Shown piece by piece: positions 58,326 through 64,000 of a stretch of DNA of 64,000 bases. The notes beneath the pieces are model-generated. The model was not told the DNA's origin and ran no database searches. It saw only the letters and a list, made by a program, of their open reading frames with translations. Each line of letters begins with the position of its first letter. Positions within the stretch are counted from its first letter, which is position 1. The DNA is taken from positions 31,062,001 to 31,126,000 of the forward strand of contig CM022665.1 in the NCBI GenBank assembly GCA_012295275.1, in the 5' to 3' direction. Both the position numbers and the translations under genes were made by a program. This DNA comes from Chrysomallon squamiferum. Lineage: Eukaryota; Animalia; Mollusca.

Positions 58326-59551
58326 ATGTCCACCATTGAGGTTGCTGTAGAAGATCAATTTCAGAGAGAACTGTTTAAGAAGTATGAAGTGTGTTAAACA
58401 GTGTACATTCCAAAGGAAGAGTACTTCTTGATTATGGGCCAGCTAAAGATCTCTGTGGACCCAAGGAAGAAAACCTACGAGTACTACCTCATTTGAAATT
58501 CTTCAGTGTGGAGACGTGCAGAAACTGACCAAAAAGCACCAAACAGAAGATTACATACCTCAGTACTATATTTCCACTGAAGACACCTTTGATGTAATCA
58601 AGCACACACACATTTCAACAGTGGACAAGATCAGATACTGAAAGAACTGTCCAAAAAGTATGTGAATTTGACACATGAAGCTATCAAATTGTTCAAATCA
58701 GTATGCATGGACTGTCAACAGAAACACAAGTGGCCAACAAAGGAGTGGTAGTCCAACCTGTTCTGATCAGTGTGGCCAATTGGATCTTGTAGACATGAAA
58801 TCCTTACCCAGTGGAAAGTACAAGTGGATTATGGTTTATCAGGACCATTTGACCAAGTTCTGTATTCTCAGGCCTCTTATTTCCATGCATGACAACAGAT
58901 CTGAGTATACACCTGTTGTAGGAACTGATGGAATTGTGGGCAAAGTCAGACATTAAAGACATGTTAGTAGCTTGGATGAGTGAGAAAGATACAAGGGACT
59001 GGAGTGCAGATATTAAGTTTGTTCAATTCAGGAAGCAGTCAAGCTACAGTGCTGGCATCAAACAATTAACATATTCAGCTCTCTTTCGGATGGAGACATG
59101 TGTTGGACTGACATCATCTTCACCACCTCATAAAGTCCTTGGCTAACTCCAGTCAGAAGATGACCTCGTGGCACTGCTATCACATAAATCCCAATGTTTT
59201 ATAAATTTAATGCAAATACTGCAGCAAGCTGAGCAGATGATCAAATGCAGTTGTGTTTAGTTGACCACCGGAGAAGTAGACAATGTGGCATTTCCTGGTG
59301 ACCGCAGAAACCTGCTGGGAGTGATTGTAAATGTTGATGACGACAGTTTGAAATGTGTCCCCAGAGACTACTAGTGTTGGATGATCTGAACAGAGAACAG
59401 ACAATGTCTCTCAGAGCAGCTGTGTCAAAGAAGTCGTCCACAGGACGATAAGGGTTTGTGAAATACAGCTGTGGGGAAACAAATATGTGTCAAACAAAAT
59501 TTTTTGAGTAGTTCAAGATGTCGCTCAGGTTTGAACTACTGTAATAAATAG
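58326..59551 (+). pseudogene. Decayed KRBA2/SCAND3-type (Ginger2/Tdd-like) DDE integrase of a DNA transposon
   Basis: EILQCGDVQKL, DVIKHTHIST, ELSKKY, CMDCQQK (HHCC-type Zn), QLDLVDMKSLPSGKYKWIMVYQDHLTKFCILRPL, DIKDMLVAWM, FVQFRK and a Cys-rich tail; multiple stops, frameshifts and deletions. Confidence 0.85.
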
Positions 59552-60651
59552 GACACTACTTGATGTGTACACTAATTTTAGCATGGTATATATATAATTT
59601 TTGTTTTACTTTATTTAAAAAAAAAAAAAAAAAAAATTATTATTATTATTATTATTATTGGCATATCTGAAGAACAGACAGCAGACTGGTTGTGATGTTA
59701 TTCCAATTGGGCTTGGACTTCCAAAAAACAAACCAAAAAACATTAGGAGTTTACACATTTAAAAATTTTATTCCTTGTATTTGTTTAATGATAAAGTTCA
59801 TTAGTTACACTTGTACGACATTTAATGAAGCAATAAAAACATTTCTGAAAAGTGTAAAATGAACAAAATTATTTATATTAAATGCCAGTGTACTAAAAAA
59901 AAAAAAAAAAAGAAAAAAAAAAAAAAAGAAAAAAGGTACTAATGTTATGTTTGTGATATATCTGTATGATATGGATTTTTGAAGTTACTAATAATAATAA
60001 CAACATGAACAGCAGCAACAATAATGGGTGTGTGACACCGCTAGTGTCAAGACTAACCTTTGCACTCAGTGAAAAATGAGAAAAGTACTATAATTTTTTA
60101 CTTCGACACTGTTTACTGAAGGGCAATGTAACGTGTACTGTAAACACAAAGAATTTATACAAATATGTTTCACATAATGAAAACTTTCACAAATATGTGA
60201 AAAAACCCTCACCTAGGGATTGATTTCCATGACAATGAAACTTCTGAAATATATTAAATGAAATAAATTTCTATCATGTAGCTGTTCAGTTAACGAAGAA
60301 GATAATATATTTTTGGCTGAATTACACTTTGGTATTGTTATATCTACCTGTCTGTGATAACATATTTTCATGCAAGAAAACTTCTGAAGTACATACATCG
60401 TTAATGTTTTCTTAATAACATATTAAATATTCTTGTTTATATATATATATATTGCAGCTTAATTTTTAAAATAGTTTTTTGAATCTAGAGAGTTAGGTCA
60501 GCATTTTATTTATGGCATCATAAAATCAATAAACTGCACATTTACCTGATAAAATATATTAACAAAATATACATATAATTCTGTGGTGTTTTAAAGGTTA
60601 TATTTCGTTAAAACAATAATAATCTGAATAAATCACCATTTAATACAGGTT

Positions 60652-60687
<36 letters not shown>

Positions 60688-63414
60688 TCATTTATGTTGA
60701 CACCAGTTTAATTATAAATATACAGTTTAAATTTAGAAAGTATCACTTAATTTTGTAAAAGCCTCTATTTAGTTTAATTGTATACTTGCACATAAATAAC
60801 AAATTACGAACAGGGTTTTAAAACTTAACATTAATATATTATAGAAGTTTTGTTTTATTGAAAAATAACATTGGATATCACTGGAATACATTGGTAAAAA
60901 TGTGTGGTTAAAAACAACAAATGTACAAATCTGTAAAGCAGAATTTTTGCCACATGCACCTACATACATGTATAAAGAGCTCATAAATGCTTAAAAGTTT
61001 CTCTAATTTGAGAAGCATTTACAGAAGATTGTTACATGTCATGTTGTTGGTTAAACTGCACCATTGCACTATTATTATACCACTCGTTTTATAACTGCTG
61101 CATATTACCTATAATGTAGCTTTTAAGATGATAAGATTTTTTTCATCCAACAAAACTCTTGCAATACTAATATCAAATTTACTTTTTAAATGTTTTTATT
61201 AAACATAAAAAATTAAATGTTATTGCTTATTTATATCTTGCACTGTTGTCTTAGAAGTTAGATCATTTAAAAAAAATATTACTGCTCAGGTTTATGGAAT
61301 TTTGTCTCCATTAACATTGATTATAATTCCATAACTTCCAACAGAAAAATATTTTTATTTAATTTCCAAGAAAAGATATTTAGAATCAGTTATTCTATTT
61401 TTTGTGTGAGGTATATACATGTGTTATGCTCTAGTTTTTAATTACATTAATAACAATAAATCCTGACTAGAAAAGATTCAAAATTACTAATACATTTTTT
61501 TTTCTAATGTTCATGATTCTGAGCTGATCATAAAGCCACTGAATAGCTGGAGGCACTTACAACACAAACAAGGATATTAAAATATATGTCATGTAAAGCA
61601 AGAGCAGTACTGAAATAAATCAGTGAAAAAGCAGTGACAACAATGACTAAACAATGATTTTAAAAAGCTCAGAATATACACACTATCACAGTAAATTGTG
61701 TTAAATAAAAATAAAAAAGAGTTATGCCATTTTTAGTATCTGTGTTGTCTTGTCCTTTGAAGTAGTTTAAAAGTTCACAATAATAATATTAGTAATAGAG
61801 GTCATGATAATAATATCAAAGAATTTCAGTTACATTATTAAAATGAAAAACAAAAACCTCTGCATCAGTTGTGTTTTATATCAGTTTATAATTAAAATAG
61901 ATCATTGTCTTTAATTTTAATAATTCTTTTTCTAAAAGTAATGCTGGTTTTTGTATAATCGTTTTAGCATCTTATATAAATTTTCATTTAAAAAAAAAGA
62001 TACATGTTTAGATTAATTCTGTGTATTAATCACTGTGTTTGTTAAATTATATTTAAAATTTTCTCTGAGACACATGATCATCAGAACATGACTCATTCTA
62101 TGAGATCACCATGCAGAGGAAATAGCCAGTGCACAAAATTGTGTTTGTCACACTGAAATGAAGACAAAAGCAAATAAAGAAAGTGACATCAGCAGAAGAA
62201 ATAATGCCAAATAGACCAAATATGCATATCTACAAGCTGTTCTGCCATTGTGATTTGCATAAGTTAATAAAGAATACTTCATTATTCATTAGCAAATGTT
62301 TAAAGATAATTTTAACTTAAGCTACTGATTACAACACATAATTAAATAATTTTTTAAACAATTAAAACAGTAACGTGATAAGTGTTAATATCAGCTTTTT
62401 TTATTTTCCACACATTTGTCATTATTTGAGTAAGCTTTATGTGGCAGAGAAAAATATTTGTATGAAGTTATCAGTTTAATTTATGCTGTAATTAATAGAA
62501 TTACACGTGAATAACTGTAGCATTGTTAATTAGAGAAAAGAGAATATTTCAAAGTTATCCAAATACTTTTCATTGTATTTTACGGCGGTTGAGAGGTGAT
62601 ATTAACCTTGCCTTATGGAAATCTGCAGAAAATTATTCATCCTATTAAAATAATACGTTAATATCGTAATGAAATATTTCCTTTTTGTCAGGCCCTGCAA
62701 GCTTTGGCAAGTCTCAGTTTATTTGTATGAAATGAACTCGACAAGGAAAAAAACAGAAAGAAAGAAAAAGTTACGCTTTTTTTCTTTCTGATAAGATCTC
62801 AGATTTATATGACAAATTTAGATTGTTAAAAAATAATGGGATACTTTCTTTATTTATATGGCGGTAATTTTAATACAGCAGCACTGTTTTGCCTGGAATA
62901 TTAACATTATATATTTCTACAGAATATATTTCTATTATATATATATTATTTAATTGCTAATTGATTTCTCCTAGGGGAAAAAAGTTTGAGATCGCCGCAG
63001 CACCTAAAATCATATAAGCTGTTGTGTAACTACTCGAATTCAACCTGATTAGACACCAAGTAGAAGTAAAGTTAATTATCATCATCAACCTATAATTGTT
63101 TTAAAAAAAAGAAGAAAACAAACAAAAAAAAAGTCACTGCGTCTATATGGCTCGGTTTCAACGAATGCAATTTTTATTTTATTTTATTTTATATGTACTT
63201 ATTCAATTTATTTATTTTAGATAGCGTTCGTGGGGCAGTGCTATTATATTTTATTACAAATTATATACAGATTAGCAGGAGACGGCGAGAATGAGAGAGA
63301 TGAAACTGATATTTATTTCCCGCATGTGGAATCGTAACAATTTATATTCATAATCTGATAATTAATTACTTAAATATAATAGTTTTCTGAAGATAATTTG
63401 ACACTACTGGATGA

Positions 63415-63545
63415 ATTTACGGTTTGTGTTTACAACCAGCGGTCCTGTTTATATGAATAAACTGAGATTGAGCGGGAGTTACATTTCTGTTTACTACCAG
63501 TGATGCTGTTCATATGAATAAAGTAAAACTGAGCGGAAATTACGG
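63415..63545. repeat. Degenerate 61-bp tandem repeat, about 2 copies
   Basis: TGTTTACAACCAGCGGTCCTGTTTATATGAATAAA..TGAGCGG at 63427 and TGTTTACTACCAGTGATGCTGTTCATATGAATAAA..TGAGCGG at 63488. Confidence 0.8.
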
Positions 63546-64000
63546 ACTTTCATAGTAAGACTACTGCTGTTTACCGTTTTACATTTACATTGCGTTATCA
63601 AAATAATTTCGATTCTGTAAAGAAATATAGATTATTACAGATACTTTTTTCTGCATTAAAAAAAAAGAAAAAAAAAAAAACCAACTGGAAATTAATTTAG
63701 AAAAAAATTATTTATTATTATTTATTATTATTATCATTGGGGCTTTTCCTATAACATAACCGACAATTTTATAATTAATGTAATTTTAACATCCATGTAA
63801 TAACCATATTAAGAATAATTGATAACATTACATGGCCTAGTAAAAATAAGGAGTACTTTTTATATCCTGTCTCAGAACAAGTGTAAGATGTATTTCTTGT
63901 TTTAGTTTAAATACGAGTAGAGAGTCAAAAATATATAGGAAGCATCAGATTAAAAAGTACCAGAATAAAATGTTAATTTTTATTGTTGTTGTTGTGCTCT

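Overview
AT-rich, intron-containing eukaryotic (animal) genomic DNA, most likely a mollusc; this is inferred from a four-CRD galectin and the repeat types. Most ORF-track entries are intronic noise, so I reconstructed the genes by joining GT-AG exons with phase checks. Seven genes: SELENON-like first exon (-, runs off the left edge), AP5M1 (+, 14 exons), KLHDC3 (-, 10 coding exons), ketohexokinase KHK (-, 7 exons), cornichon CNIH1-like (-, 5 exons), PP1-beta PPP1CB (+, 8 exons) and a quadruple-CRD galectin (-, 12 coding exons). Mobile DNA includes a Sola2-like long-TIR relic in an AP5M1 intron, a hAT/Charlie-type MITE, degenerate SINE-like copies and a TE island at ~54.9-59.6 kb (RTE-X-like 3' fragment, RT-less RNase H-bearing LINE, KRBA2/SCAND3-type integrase). 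I found no CRISPR array, rRNA or tRNA gene. Best leads: a shared AAGGGAGRTAAYWCT-like motif at three putative 5' ends, a linkerless modular galectin with three of four sugar sites altered, an endonuclease-to-RNase H deleted LINE, and a TE-borne cluster of nuclear-receptor elements. No wholly new multi-gene system can be demonstrated from this sequence alone.
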